DNA from: Mayamaea pseudoterrestris
Lineage: Eukaryota
NCBI GenBank assembly: GCA_027923505.1
Contig: BROI01000001.1
Coordinates: 930,001 to 994,000, forward strand
Reading direction: 5' to 3'
DNA: 64,000 nt
In this document: in pieces, positions 50,901 through 62,333 of the stretch
Layout: every line of letters starts with the position of its first letter
Numbering within the stretch: the stretch's first letter is position 1
Position numbers and translations under genes: made by a program
Notes under the pieces: generated by a model
What the model saw: only the letters and a program-made list of their open reading frames with translations
The model's database searches: none
Told to the model about the DNA's origin: nothing

Positions 50901-52943
50901 CGCGCGTTGCCTCGAGACTATCCTGCTCCGCCATGCGGCGATCGGAGCGAGGAGGAACGAATGGTTTTGAATGACATTTGGGTTTCATTGCCTGTTGGAA
51001 GTGAAGAGAGCTACACGTTTCGTCACATGCGCCGCAATACTTACGAGGAGACATTGTTCCGCGTTGAAGATGAGCGATTTGAGATTGACATGGCTATTGA
51101 CACGAACGCGGCGACTTTACATCGACTGGAGCCAATTGCAGAGGAGATTGCATTGTTGTCGCAGGAAGATCCAACAATCAGCGACTTGGGGTCAAAGGTA
51201 GACGGTACAGGGCTGGGCGGCAAGCGTTTCCAATACTCCTTTGACAGGAGTATCTTGGGCGTAATTCATCGTAATTCGATTACTCGCATATATGGCGATG
51301 GCGGGGCCGAAGTGTTGGAGCTCATGTACAAGAACCCAACTGTCGCTATCCCACTCGTTGTTGAGCGTTTGCGCCAAAAGGCGGTCGAGTGGCGCGCCGT
51401 CAGGGATCGTTTAAATCGCAATTGGAAGGAGCTAGCTCAGTTAAATTACTACAAGAGTCTTGACCACCGCGGCTTGACATGGCGAGCCGTTGATAAACGC
51501 ATCACCAGTGCTCGGGCAATTGTTCTTGAAATTAAGGACCGTGCACTACATGGAGGCAAGGAAGGACCTGAAGCGCTCAAGCAGAAGCTCGACAAGGCAA
51601 AGGAAGAGCACGGTGCTTTTTATGAAGTAACAATGAAAGGAGAGCTGTCCAAGAGCTTGGATCTTACGTTTCTACCGAGACCTGACAGGCGGCTGTTCAC
51701 TCCCCACCTTAGTGTCATGTACGAAAACAACTCATGGGCACAGCGAGACGCTTACCGGATACTAGCATTTGCCCTTGAGCGTGGACCAACCACTCCTGGC
51801 GACAAGGAACGGTGTCATCGTTTGTGGATCGAGTTCTTTGGACCATTCTTCGGACTCGATCTGAGCTGGATGGAGCGTCCTGCAGTGACCTACATGGAGT
51901 CGCATACTGCACCCAACAGTGATGCTCCAGTTACTAAGGCAACCGTTGTAAGCGACAATGACGACGACGAAATAATGCAAGACGCCAATGGCAAAGGCAT
52001 TACTGTTGTCACGGAGGAACTACGCCAGAATGGAGGTGCGGATGCTAGCGGACGCGATTTTACGGATTATCATCCACTACCGCCGGGTGCTCATGTCTCG
52101 ACATTATATGGTCAAGGAAGGGTTATTGAATTTCGCCGCTCGGATCACATTTATGTTGTGCAACTACAGTTTGGCGCCGTTGGTTACCTACGCCCTGCGA
52201 CGGTTCTATGCAGCATCCTCCCAGTTGAAAAGTCTGCGTACACGAGGGAGCTTTGCAGCAGCGACTTTTCAAAGTTAGCTAGACCAGGCGACCAGCTGGC
52301 GATGGGTACGCAGAGTCTATATCTTTTCTTCTATCTGCACCAAATACTGATTCGTCGATTAAATATTGCGAAACGTTTAGCGTACGAGGTTGGCGAGGAC
52401 GAGTCTCTAAAGACGCTTGTCGAACAGATGCCGAATTCAAACAAGAATGCGGTTGGACGTCGTCGCTACGAGGCTTTCTTATCTCTTGTGTATGGCTTGC
52501 TTGATGGTGGAGTGGGTGGTCCATCGGAGGGAGAAAAGTACGAAGATCGTCTTCGCGGGCTGCTTGGCCATGGGTCCTACGAGCTTGCCACTATTGATAA
52601 ATTGGTAGCGCATATTTGGAAAAACATACAACAAATGGCTGGAGATGAGACAATGTGGAATTTGGTTCAGCTCTACCGTCGACACTTGAAAAGTACCACT
52701 GGATTTCAACCGGAAGCATTCCGACAAGAGGCTGCTTATCAGAGCGAAGGCGAACCAATGTACGCATTTCAGTATTGTGCTATGACTGGACAAGACAAGG
52801 CTGTACTGCATATGGAGTATGTTGGTGTTATGGAAGACGAAAATGATGAATCCGACGAGGACGAAGATTCCGCTTCGGTTGACGGACGACTACAAGAACC
52901 TGTTGTCCTAGTGGAGCCGACGAATAAGCGACCCAGGCGCTAA
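47979..52943 (+). CDS. SIN3: Sin3 paired amphipathic helix transcriptional corepressor
   Basis: PAH1 (LRVEDALNYLDHVK..LILGFNTFLPDGY), PAH2 (VEFDHAISYVTKIKRRF), PAH3, and HDAC-interaction region (PSYRALP, LNDIWVS, EDERFEID, YYKSLDH). Confidence 0.96.
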   Translation: MNPSPHGGDQSPPPQRSMQNVGAAQNDASSHQGAPVHHGNADSTNDAAANIMSHSFSNMTPTENMTMEQGGGAAAVASTLVSATPTGSAPHATTLMPTAAVLENTKPANLQSMMHLPTNHATNNLASEPAAAATANVAESMPVQPTFAPADSAVPTVTAGAGTSTMETNSSPSPPIMTMMNNSETQSAAQSLAGPSSLLPAPTLLTMPAPPSAQNTPLQLPPRTNVKKPDAAAKKPSAPLILPHLKVQHQAGSTAGATTAAATNTAPPKTNPGPPQPPLPPHFQQAFAGRHPNAPPGSHHHHPPPPPFGMHMSFPPHPHHGPPPPHHAHFNKGPPPHLAAAANRPFAMHHNKEGAAAATGMMRQSPIPPMAVAVREQQQQQQQQQQQQQQQQPLTGAAVANARDGPSPANTNVAATGPAPMDIDEAPKPPETNTSPPAGGPVNAMMIGERARNHNAPNFSATSDHAAAPGEARAVPSSSAAVHRSAPALADASVAPPPLPHRPSVQPQPQPQDAHQQANNNNNNANGGQWRELRVEDALNYLDHVKMEFKDRPKVYNQFLAIMKNFKSQEVDTPGVIRMVSKLFRGYNNLILGFNTFLPDGYKISLADLERQEEEERQREANEAAAAAGVVPPVAKPAHNIPRGPPRPQPAYAAANAARQPYEQQAGSMQLHQKQSQVPMDNRKPAPQAGPQPKEAHGQVAMQQHQPQRSPPQQQPQHQAVEFDHAISYVTKIKRRFANDPSTYHKFLEILHTYQKEQRGIKEVLEQVAHLFQDHPDLLKEFTFFLPDAVQEQAKERLHRAAAESESRIAKAQQDYHNLHGARPAQVPHPPSHNQLIDMTRSQQLTLTEGTRKRSFDAAAGNETVVYNSAVERQFFDAAREALTSYSRDGGQAWAEFIKCLDMYAQDILSRKEMLDFVEPLLGKRNTKLFEEFKRILNAAGSPTHPLPFMEDSWHSVPLSEIDFSRCRRCSPSYRALPRDYPAPPCGDRSEEERMVLNDIWVSLPVGSEESYTFRHMRRNTYEETLFRVEDERFEIDMAIDTNAATLHRLEPIAEEIALLSQEDPTISDLGSKVDGTGLGGKRFQYSFDRSILGVIHRNSITRIYGDGGAEVLELMYKNPTVAIPLVVERLRQKAVEWRAVRDRLNRNWKELAQLNYYKSLDHRGLTWRAVDKRITSARAIVLEIKDRALHGGKEGPEALKQKLDKAKEEHGAFYEVTMKGELSKSLDLTFLPRPDRRLFTPHLSVMYENNSWAQRDAYRILAFALERGPTTPGDKERCHRLWIEFFGPFFGLDLSWMERPAVTYMESHTAPNSDAPVTKATVVSDNDDDEIMQDANGKGITVVTEELRQNGGADASGRDFTDYHPLPPGAHVSTLYGQGRVIEFRRSDHIYVVQLQFGAVGYLRPATVLCSILPVEKSAYTRELCSSDFSKLARPGDQLAMGTQSLYLFFYLHQILIRRLNIAKRLAYEVGEDESLKTLVEQMPNSNKNAVGRRRYEAFLSLVYGLLDGGVGGPSEGEKYEDRLRGLLGHGSYELATIDKLVAHIWKNIQQMAGDETMWNLVQLYRRHLKSTTGFQPEAFRQEAAYQSEGEPMYAFQYCAMTGQDKAVLHMEYVGVMEDENDESDEDEDSASVDGRLQEPVVLVEPTNKRPRR
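49107..49154 (+). repeat. CAG/CAA microsatellite encoding Q16 in Sin3
   Basis: 16 consecutive Gln codons. Confidence 0.9.
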
Positions 52944-52992
52944 ACTTTATCTATAGCTTACAGCTTACTTTACATTGATGTACTACATGCGT

Positions 52993-54897
52993 TTACCAAA
53001 ACGAACTTCGTCCGTTATCGATAGGTGGCTTGTCCCTGCATGGGATCTTGGATGGTTTGTCACGGTAATGACATGCAACCAGCGGCTCCGATGAACAACA
53101 ATGGCTAAAAACATCGTCCACGCCACCACCAATCTCATCCGCTCTCTTGCCATTGCATTGCTCATTCAGATGCCAGTGTCCAAGTTGTTGCATAAACTTC
53201 AATTTGTTATCCTTGTTCTTGGTCCAACTCATGTGAAAGATGAAGGGGTTTACCGAGCCATCGCCTTGTAGCATCTGCTTCATGTAAGCGTGATTACGAT
53301 GAAAGTGATAGCCACCGGGGAACAAACCGCCTTCCTCTTGATGAACCCCAAACACCTTGACCTTTAAACCTCTCCAGTTCGCATGCTCCACCAACACGGA
53401 AGTCAAAACACCTTGATGACTCCCGCTCGCTAATATTAGATCGCCCATGCGTAAAAACACACTGAAAAAGTACTGCGTCCTCGGATTGTTTCGGACGAAG
53501 TAAAAACCACTGTTGGGACTGAACGGCGCGTATCGAGCTGATCGCGCGCCGTCGTCTTGAAAATACATGTCAAAGTCGCCTGCCGCGTCTGAATGAAAAA
53601 AGTCCAGCGGATTGCGGTACCAGTAAATGTCCAAATCCTGAAATAGTAGGTCGTAACCCAGTAGATTGATCAAATGAACGCAATATACCTTGCTCATCAT
53701 CATGCTGGCAAAATGCTTGTCGCCATAGACGCGAGCAGCCACCTTGGGCATTTCTCCAAAGGCTTGGTCAACAAAAAACGAATGAATCCCCAGTGAGACT
53801 GCCAAGTCATGCGTTTCTATATCAGTGGCGAATAGTAAAACGTGGCTAATGTCCAAATGACGCGACCGGGCGGCGCAAACGAAATTGGCGAGAAGACTTG
53901 CCTGTCCCCAGTTGCTGGTCATGACAATAACAGTATTTCCGCCAACCCCAGCAGCTTTTGCAGCAATTGGTTTAAGGCGTGCAATAGTGTCATCCAACGA
54001 CGCCAAGTATTTTGTCAAAACATCCCAATAGTTAGTCACTTGCTTTGCAGTCGGCAATTTGGCCACTTTTCCATTGTTCTTTTGGCCGCGAGGCACCAAT
54101 CGCAGCGCCTCTTCATCAGACGCCCCCTTGTTTCCCTTTTCGGGTAGACGCATGTACTTGTCAACGGTATAACTCTCCCACTGACCTAATATTGCAAGAC
54201 ATTCTTTATCCTTTTTTGGTTGCTGAAGAATCAAGCGTACAGTGTGGCAGTGGGCCGTGGCATCAGATGCTGAATACAGTGGAACGGTTGATGTAGTTGA
54301 TTCGTTCTTCCATGGTTTGGCAGTCGGCAAAGCAGCCTTGTTGCTGTAAAGCACGAGTACGTCTTGGTTGCTTGACGTGGTCTTGTCCAGCGGAACGCCA
54401 AGATTTAAGAGTTGGGTAAAGGCATCGCGCTTGACGCGAGCCATGCCGTTTAGAAATAGACCAACCGTGTCAATTGGTAGCGAGTCTTGCAAATTGCTTC
54501 GTATAGTCGACGCTGCACCCACTTTGCTGGAGAACAAGCCCAATGGACCGTTCCTTGAACCTTGTGTATCAATGGATTGGACGGATCGAGCAGTTGATGC
54601 TGACGTTTCCAGCATGGCATGAGGTGAGAGCATAAGTGATTCGTCGTGTCCCGAAGTTGTATGATGATACAAATAACCAAGATTAAAGGCCACCAGGGCT
54701 ATTGACAAATGCGACAAGACTGATAGTATGCTGCATGGCAAAGAGCGATTTGCTGAAGATTGCTGTCGCCGAGGTGACATGCTTGTAGGTTGTTGAGGAT
54801 GGCTTGCTGCACCATTGCTCGAAAGGAGGTGTTGCGGTCGTGAGGAGCTGCTGCCCGGATGATGCGCAGAAGAAGCGTTTACTGGAGACACCATCAT
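52993..54897 (-). CDS. Nucleotide-diphospho-sugar transferase (GT77-like), intronless paralog of 3920-5965
   Basis: LGYDLLFQDLDIYWYRNPL, PNSGFYFVR, IFHMSWTKNKDNKL, CHYRDKPS. Confidence 0.87.
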   Translation of the reverse strand: MMVSPVNASSAHHPGSSSSRPQHLLSSNGAASHPQQPTSMSPRRQQSSANRSLPCSILSVLSHLSIALVAFNLGYLYHHTTSGHDESLMLSPHAMLETSASTARSVQSIDTQGSRNGPLGLFSSKVGAASTIRSNLQDSLPIDTVGLFLNGMARVKRDAFTQLLNLGVPLDKTTSSNQDVLVLYSNKAALPTAKPWKNESTTSTVPLYSASDATAHCHTVRLILQQPKKDKECLAILGQWESYTVDKYMRLPEKGNKGASDEEALRLVPRGQKNNGKVAKLPTAKQVTNYWDVLTKYLASLDDTIARLKPIAAKAAGVGGNTVIVMTSNWGQASLLANFVCAARSRHLDISHVLLFATDIETHDLAVSLGIHSFFVDQAFGEMPKVAARVYGDKHFASMMMSKVYCVHLINLLGYDLLFQDLDIYWYRNPLDFFHSDAAGDFDMYFQDDGARSARYAPFSPNSGFYFVRNNPRTQYFFSVFLRMGDLILASGSHQGVLTSVLVEHANWRGLKVKVFGVHQEEGGLFPGGYHFHRNHAYMKQMLQGDGSVNPFIFHMSWTKNKDNKLKFMQQLGHWHLNEQCNGKRADEIGGGVDDVFSHCCSSEPLVACHYRDKPSKIPCRDKPPIDNGRSSFW

Positions 54898-55355
54898 TAA
54901 TCTTTACTATATACGAGTCTCTATCAGCAGTGATGGGCTTCTAAATATGCATTTTTCTTGCAGTGGGCCTTCATTTTTGTTTGGCCATGGTGAAGGCGAG
55001 GCGTTGAGAATTTCCTACCGTTTGATAACCGGAGCGACAAAGAGTGACACTAGAGGAGAAGGAACGCGGGGTTCCGTAGTTTGGCCATCCACCATGGCGC
55101 TTACGATGCCACAATGAACGATACACTTAATCGAATAGCAAGCTATATTAAACGCGACATGCAGCAATGTGTTAATATCCATGAACTACACTCAGCTTAA
55201 TAATTATAACGCGTATGCATTATGCTAGCATGTACAATAAGCAGGAACAATGAAATAGAAGTGGCATGACCACTAGCTGATTGGCAACATCATAGTTGCT
55301 GCGACCTATATTGAGCGTAGCGCCAAAAATGTACCGCAACTAGACCGACAATTGA

Positions 55356-58300
55356 TCATCTTGGTTGTTGCTGCTGGGGTCCTTGCCCGTTGTACCATGA
55401 TCCATTTACCAAGTTGGAAATGAAGTTTTGCTGCTGTTGCTGCGCCTGTTGTTGCTGCTGCTGTCTTTGCTGATGATGCTGGTAGTCCAAAGTGTTGGCA
55501 GGATACGCACCAGACGACGAATATGCTGGTGGGGGATGGCGCAGACCCAACTGCTGTTGGCCAAGGGCCAGCAAGTGGCGCTCTTGAGCTTGCTGCAAAG
55601 CAAGGGTGCTGGCCAGCTGCTGTCGATTCTCGAGCGACAAGGAAAAAGAATTAGGCTCGACCAATCCAGTGGCATTTTCAAAATTGCTGTTAGAAGGTGC
55701 CAATAAAAAGTTCTGCAGGTTAATGTGCTGGCCGTTCGATCGCGAGTTCTTGTTCAGAAGCAACTGCAAGCCCCAATTGCTCGACCCGTCGTAATCGTTG
55801 CCCTGCGGTGAAGCATTCATTCGAGCTGCACCACCTTCAGAGATTGCGTCCAATGGAGTCTCGACTTTCGCTTCAATCTTGGCCACTTCCAGCTTGGCCG
55901 ATGACAACAATCCGTCAAGTCGCGTATTCTGCGAACGCAATCTAGCATTTTCATCCTGCAGTTCGGCAACTTGCTCGGCAAAAACTTCCATTTCAATCTT
56001 TTCGCGCTCGCGACGACGTCGGGCATGTAGTACATTCATACGTCGCTTCCTTTCAGTCTTTTCCTCGTCCACCATTTCCGACAATGCCTTGGCATGGTAA
56101 TTCGGAATATTTGGATTATCGTGATCCTTAGACGCAGGCGGCAAATCCCATTCGTAACGAAGCCTCGCTTCCTGCCATTTTGAGAACTCTTCAAAACCCC
56201 AAGTTCCACCGAGACACTTGGGAACTATATTACTAGGAATGTCATACATCAGTAGTTTCTTCACAATGTCTTCCTTCGTCTCACCCACATGGACGTGCGA
56301 CCGCTTCTTCAATCCTCCAATAAGCCTGAACAAGACAGGAAGCATTGTCTCCATAAAAGACTTTTTCTCCGAGACGGTAGGCACGTTGCAAATGTGCATT
56401 GCGTAGGTACGTGTTGGCATGGCTTCCGCTATAAGTCGTTCAGCGTCAGAAACGACCGTGTCCAAAACAGGTTTACCCATTGCCGTTATAAGTTGGTAGC
56501 CATCCAACTGCGAATTCTCATTCTCTGATAGCATGGTCCAGAAATAAAACAAAGCGCGAAGACGTGGGTCACGCAAATGACTTGTTCGTCGCGATGAGTC
56601 GTGGTAAATAACTGAACGCCCTTGTAGATCCAGTCCCAAAAGCGCAAAGAATCCTGAATTGATAAAAGCCACGTCGTCGCGCGACAAAGCTCCTTCTCCG
56701 GTTTGATTCAGTGGCAAAAAGGCACTCTCGCCGAACACGTTTTTGCGTTCCTTCCAATAAAGGGCTAACCGCTTGGCTGCTGCCCAAGCATTATATCTCT
56801 CAACGCGTAGAAACCGAATCAAAGGCGTCTCCTTCTCTACAAGCTCCGGAATCTCGAGTCTGGCTTGAAGCAATACTGCTTTATCGTCGTCGGGGAGCAA
56901 GTCAATGGCTGCTTCCATTTCCTCAAGTCCCCTCTTAATTATTGAGGGTGTCTCGACCCAAGCACCGGATTCTTCGTACTCGTAGAGCACCGCGTTTGAT
57001 GGAGCATTGTCCCTGCGTGGCCGCTTATTAGAGCCCTCACCATTTCCGCTTGGGCTGTCGCGCTTCCTATCCTCTTGTCGGTTGTTCTCAGCTTGCAGCT
57101 CCGACACAAATTCGCTATCGATGATTCGTCGCTCGTCCTTAAACTTGCGAAAGTACTCATCGTCAAGACTACCTCCAATGGAATCTGGAAGTTTCTCCTT
57201 CCAAAATCCATACATACGAAGGCGTGAAAGCATTTCTTGTGGCGAATTTGTGACATGAATCATAAGCTGCGGTCCATTGACTTGCGTGATAAACTTAATG
57301 AGGATTTGAAAAATGGACACAAAGAAATTATTCGAGTCTTCAGTCTCGGCGGGCTTGATACAAACAAAATGAGCCTTATTCCACCGCAAGGGGAAGACGT
57401 GGACAAGCATGTGCAATCCGCGAGACATGCTCCCAGACAAATGTTCACTGCCGACCATTGGATGAATGGTAACCAGACTGTCGGTCTGACTTTTCGGATT
57501 CTCCAAAGCAATGCGTATAACGTAGAAAAAAGCCGCTAGTCGATCTTCCTCGGCAACGTTTGCCCACCCTTCCCCATAACCGACCGCCGAGTTGATACAG
57601 ACGACTGACCGTCCCTCATCATCAACGGGAAGGGATTCAAAACATCGCACATCAATTAGCTTTTGTGCATTTTTCGGCAAAGTGTCATATGTCAGTGGAA
57701 CAAAAGCTTTGTCTCCAAAAATCGACTTTCGCTCCTTCCAGTAAGCAACAAGCCGACGAGCTGCTGCCCATGGATTGTACTTTTCAGTCCGCAAAAACAA
57801 AATCGGATTCGATTCGGCGGCAACCAATGCAGGGCTCAGCGCCTTAGCATTGTAATAATCTACCTTGTCTATGTCAGGAATGACACTCAAAGCATCTTCA
57901 AGCTGCAAAAGTGCTTCCTTCTCGACTGCTTCGTTGACGCTAACCCCATTGTTGCGACTTATCCTACCCGACATCGCCTCTCCCAGCTTCATTAATGCGG
58001 CTGTATTCTGTCGAGCTCTGTCCCGATCATTTTCGCTAGAGCTAGACATCGAGGATGAACGTTTGCGAATATCCTCCGGCGTTGCTATAAGGCCATGCGT
58101 TTGCAAAAAGCCGTGCGAATCCCACAAACCTCCACATGACGGCGGACATGCCTCCTTTCGCATTCCATACTTTTGCAATTGAGCAAGAATCTCTTCCTTT
58201 GATTCACCAAAGATTGGTATCGACGCTTTTCCGAAAAAGGTTGATGTCACCTGAACCGCACTGGGCATGACACTGTGAATAAAATCATACTTCGAGTCGT

Positions 58301-59061
58301 CATCAATCGCCTGCACTGAATACACAGACTTGATCTTAAGCGGACAAGCCTTGACAAAAATTTCAAATGGCAGAGGAGAGAATCGATTTACATCTCGCTC
58401 TCGCATCATCAAAAGTATGACCACGCCATTCGTTTGCGCCTTGACATTGCGGCAAAGAATGTGTGAAAGAAAAAAGGACGACCGCATACGGTGCGGCAAC
58501 AAAAAGTCCTTGGCGTCGGATAGCTCGGCAATCTTGGCCGCGTCGGAGAACAAAACCTGAAAGAGAGCAGAGATAATTGGTTGAGTCACGCGAAAAATGC
58601 ATGTGAGTCGTTCCAGTTGATACAATATCATGTCAACTTACCGGACAGCCTTGTTCATCCTCCGGCAAAACGACACGAAAACCCGACTGTAGCAAATGCA
58701 CATCGTCCATATCAAGCGCGTAGTTTCCATCGGTTGCTGTAATTGCAAGAAACGCTCGTTCCTCAAAACATTCCTTTCTCATTTTCCAGTAAAGCGCCAG
58801 CCGAAAGGCTGCAGGCCAGGGCGAAAAGTCTTCGCACCGCAAAAATTGAATTGGATCACTCTCAGACTGAACCAAGTCAGGACATTTGCGCCAAGCTTCA
58901 ATCAGTGCTGATTTTATTTCCGGAGGTATCTGATCAATCGCATCCTTCAATCCAAAGTAGGCTGCTCGATGCTGCTCCAAGCTCTCGCCGTCGTGAAGTT
59001 GGGTCGTGCTCGCAAGGCGACTTTCGATCCATTCCGGATTCATAAACGACGAGAGCGGCAT
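55356..59061 (-). CDS. Protein with three CRAL-TRIO/Sec14-like repeats, a bZIP domain and a Q-rich tail (~1206 aa; intron 58557-58641)
   Basis: Three copies of FLRxExY/FxxWxAAxRLxxYWxxRKxxF, each ending in a PxxxGG motif; ERKRRMNVLHARRRRER followed by F/L/L/L heptads. Confidence 0.8.
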
Positions 59062-59592
59062 GACGATAGTTTCGGCTCAAACTGCTACAAGTACAATCCC
59101 TTGACAGGAAGTCTCCTTCCTTGATTTTGCAAGGAGGCAAGCAAACGAGAAATGGTTAATAAATGAGCAGCCGCGGTCTAGTGCGAAACTGACTGGTGAT
59201 GATGGAATGGGCGGAGCAATCGCGAACACTCTTTACCCGTTCCATAACTGTCGAGAGGTCTGCGCATAAATTGCCGCATGTCCATCACGTGTCAAAAGGG
59301 CCATGGCCGGCCAGCTCGATTACTCAGCAATTTCATGATTAGTGTGGTGTGAATAGTACACATTAGCTACCCAGATGTTACGAGGTCACAGTATATCTAC
59401 CGGCATTTTTATGCGTCGCTATGAACAGCGAGTATCTTGTTCTATCACAGCAGAAGAACGAATTCCATCGGCATGTAACTCAGTCGGAACGTTCACCGCC
59501 AAGTAGTTATTGGAGCTATCGGTAATAATGCCGACGAGAAGGGATGCAGACTAGCAAGCCCACCGGTAGACTTTTGCAGTGTCGCGCTTGAT

Positions 59593-62114
59593 CTACGCGA
59601 CTGGGTCAGCATTTTCAAGCTCTTCCGCCAGCTCCATCCATCGAAGCTCCTTTGCTTTAATTTCAATGTTTAAAGTCGCTAGCTCTTCTGTCAAATCCGC
59701 CAAAACGGACCAACCTTCCGCACTACTGTCGTCAATCTTCTTCTGCACCTTGGCAGCCTTTATCATAAGCCTGGCAACTTGCTTTTCCAAATTGTCAACT
59801 TCCTTCTTGGCCTGTCGAAGAGCGTTACGTTGCTGGTTGCGTGCCGCCTTGTCGTCGCGATAGTCAGCGGACTTGTCCGTCGTCAAATCAGCTTGATCGC
59901 TAGCGACGCCAGACTGCCGCGATATACTGTCATTTTCAATGTCAATCAAAGTGGACGCATACTCTGATAGCGTGCCGATAAAGTCCTTAATTTCGCCAGC
60001 TCCTTCAAAAATGAACAAGTGATCCGTCACCTTGTCGGCAAATGCGCGATCATGACTTACCAGCAAAAGGACGCCATCAAATTCCTGGAGAAAGGATTCA
60101 AGCGCCGAAAGCGTGTCTAAATCGCAATCGACACTGGGTTCGTCCATGATAAAAAAATTTGGCTTCTTGCTAAAGACTGACAGCATTTGCAGTCGCCGTT
60201 TCTCTCCGCCTAAAACCGTCATATATACATATGAGAACAGACGACGCAGCAAACACATATGTACTGTACCGTGTCACGAGCATGCGACTTACCAGAGAGG
60301 ACCGATACTCGATCATTCCACCGTTGGCGCGAGAACTCAAAACGTTGAAGTAGCTTTCTTGCATCATCAGCGGCGGTGGCCGTGTAACTATCCGTCGCCG
60401 ACTGTACCTTCTCCATGACGAACTCTAGCACAGTCTGCTGAGGATGATCGATTGAAATGCCCATTTGATCGTAGAGACCCAGCACAACTGTATCACCCAT
60501 TTCGATTGCTCCACTATCAGGTGGTTGTTGACCTGTTATGACCCTCACAAGTGTCGTCTTTCCTAGATTGTAAACCGATAATCATGAACACTTCCGATGA
60601 GAACCTTTTTATCTTGAACGCAATGCGATGACGCGCAAAGACACACTTTAAGACATCGTAATTGCCGCATATCACGTACCTACACCATTCGCTCCGCTTA
60701 GACAAATGCGATCTCCTCTGCAGAAGTCATACGAAAAGTCATTCAACATTGCACGATCACCAAACGTCAGATTGACATTCCGCATCGACAATATTTTGCT
60801 ACCAAGTCGTTGCTTGCCATTGCTGTCGATGCTTAATGATGGATCCAGTGGTTTTGGTTTCGTGGCTTGCTGTAGTTTGTAAAATGCATCAATCCGAGCT
60901 TTCGCCTTGGTTTGTCGAGCCTGTGGCTGGCGTCGCATCCAATCGAGCTCTACCCTGTATTTGGCCTTGACAGCCTGCGCTGCCGCAGACTCTAGAGCGA
61001 GTCGATCCTGTTTGCCCTGCAAATAGTCGGCATACTTGCCCATGTACTCGTATACCTGTCCGTTGTCCAACTCCAAAATGCGATCACAGACTTCATCCAA
61101 AAAGATGCGGTCATGAGTGACCATGAGAATCGTCAGTTTCTTTTGTTCCGACGTGAGCAAATCCGACAACCATTGGACACCTGCCAAACTGAGAAAATTG
61201 GTCGGCTCATCTAACGCCAAAACGTCAGGATCTTGTACCAAAGCCGCGGCAAGAGCCACTCGCTTCACTTCGCCGCCAGAAAGCTGTGACAACTTTGAAT
61301 CACGCAAATACCAGACTCGTAGCTTGTCAGCAACCATTTCAGCGCGCGTCAAAACTTGCCAGCCATTGCACCGATCCATGTCAGCGCAAGCTTCGGTAAA
61401 GCTAGTAGGGTCCAACTCGGCATGGGCCGATGCAAGCCTGTAGCGACGCACGACGGAAAATACATTGTTGCTGTTGCCGCCATTTCTGTCAGCTGCAGCG
61501 TCATCTATAAGACTTCCCGTCATTCCAAAGAGGGCATCACCAACAGTGAGGTCAGCAGCGTGCACCAATGGCTCTTGCTCCACATAGGCAACACGCGCTG
61601 TCCGTGACAAACTGACAGTCCCCGCGTACGGAACATCGAATGGCGCATGCCCTCCATCTTTCACACATTGATCAGCCAGTATCTTCAAAAAAGTGCTTTT
61701 TCCCGCGCCATTGCGACCAACCAACGCGACCTTGGCGCCTCGTTGCAAAACGTAGGAAACGTCCTTGAGTTGCCAATTTTCGCCGCCGTCGTGAGAGCAA
61801 GAGAGATTCTCGATACTCAAGACAGGAGGCTGAGATGATGGCAGAGTGGATGAAGATATAGATGATGGTGACGAGGAAGAAGAGGCTGCTGATAGAATAG
61901 TAGAAGTTGATGAATGTGTAGGAGTCAATGAAGAATGTGATCCTGCCGATCGAACAGTTGGTGATAGATGATGGCGTCGTTTTCTAGCCAGCGAAAATGA
62001 CGGAAAGACAGTAAATGCTGAGACAGACAAGTCATTTCGTTGTATCAGTAGCGAATTGATCAAACCGATGGCTGAAATAAGCAGCCATCTTGTACGTCGA
62101 AGGGGCAGTCTCAT
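59593..62114 (-). CDS. ABC-F family ATPase (Uup/EttA-like), probably plastid-targeted; introns 60563-60679 and 60210-60292
   Basis: GRNGAGKST, LSGGE, LDEPTN, VTHDR, ELDWMRRQPQARQTKAKARI, second NBD GANGVGKTT / LSGGEKRRL, C-terminal coiled coil; VSA-F targeting motif. Confidence 0.92.
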
Positions 62115-62333
62115 GGTGCAGAATGTGAATGAACGAGAGATTACACTTTGATGGTGGCGCGCCTGCGCGGTTATTGACGTCATCATCGTCGCTCCGTTAC
62201 TGCGGCTAGCCCCTGCTATCTACCGGTAGTTCACGGGTTCAATCTGCTTGATACTTGTAGGAAGAATTGGTGTAGATATAGCTATTCGCGCTACTGGATA
62301 TTGCTCCTACCTGCTTTCCTGACCGCTTGTTCG

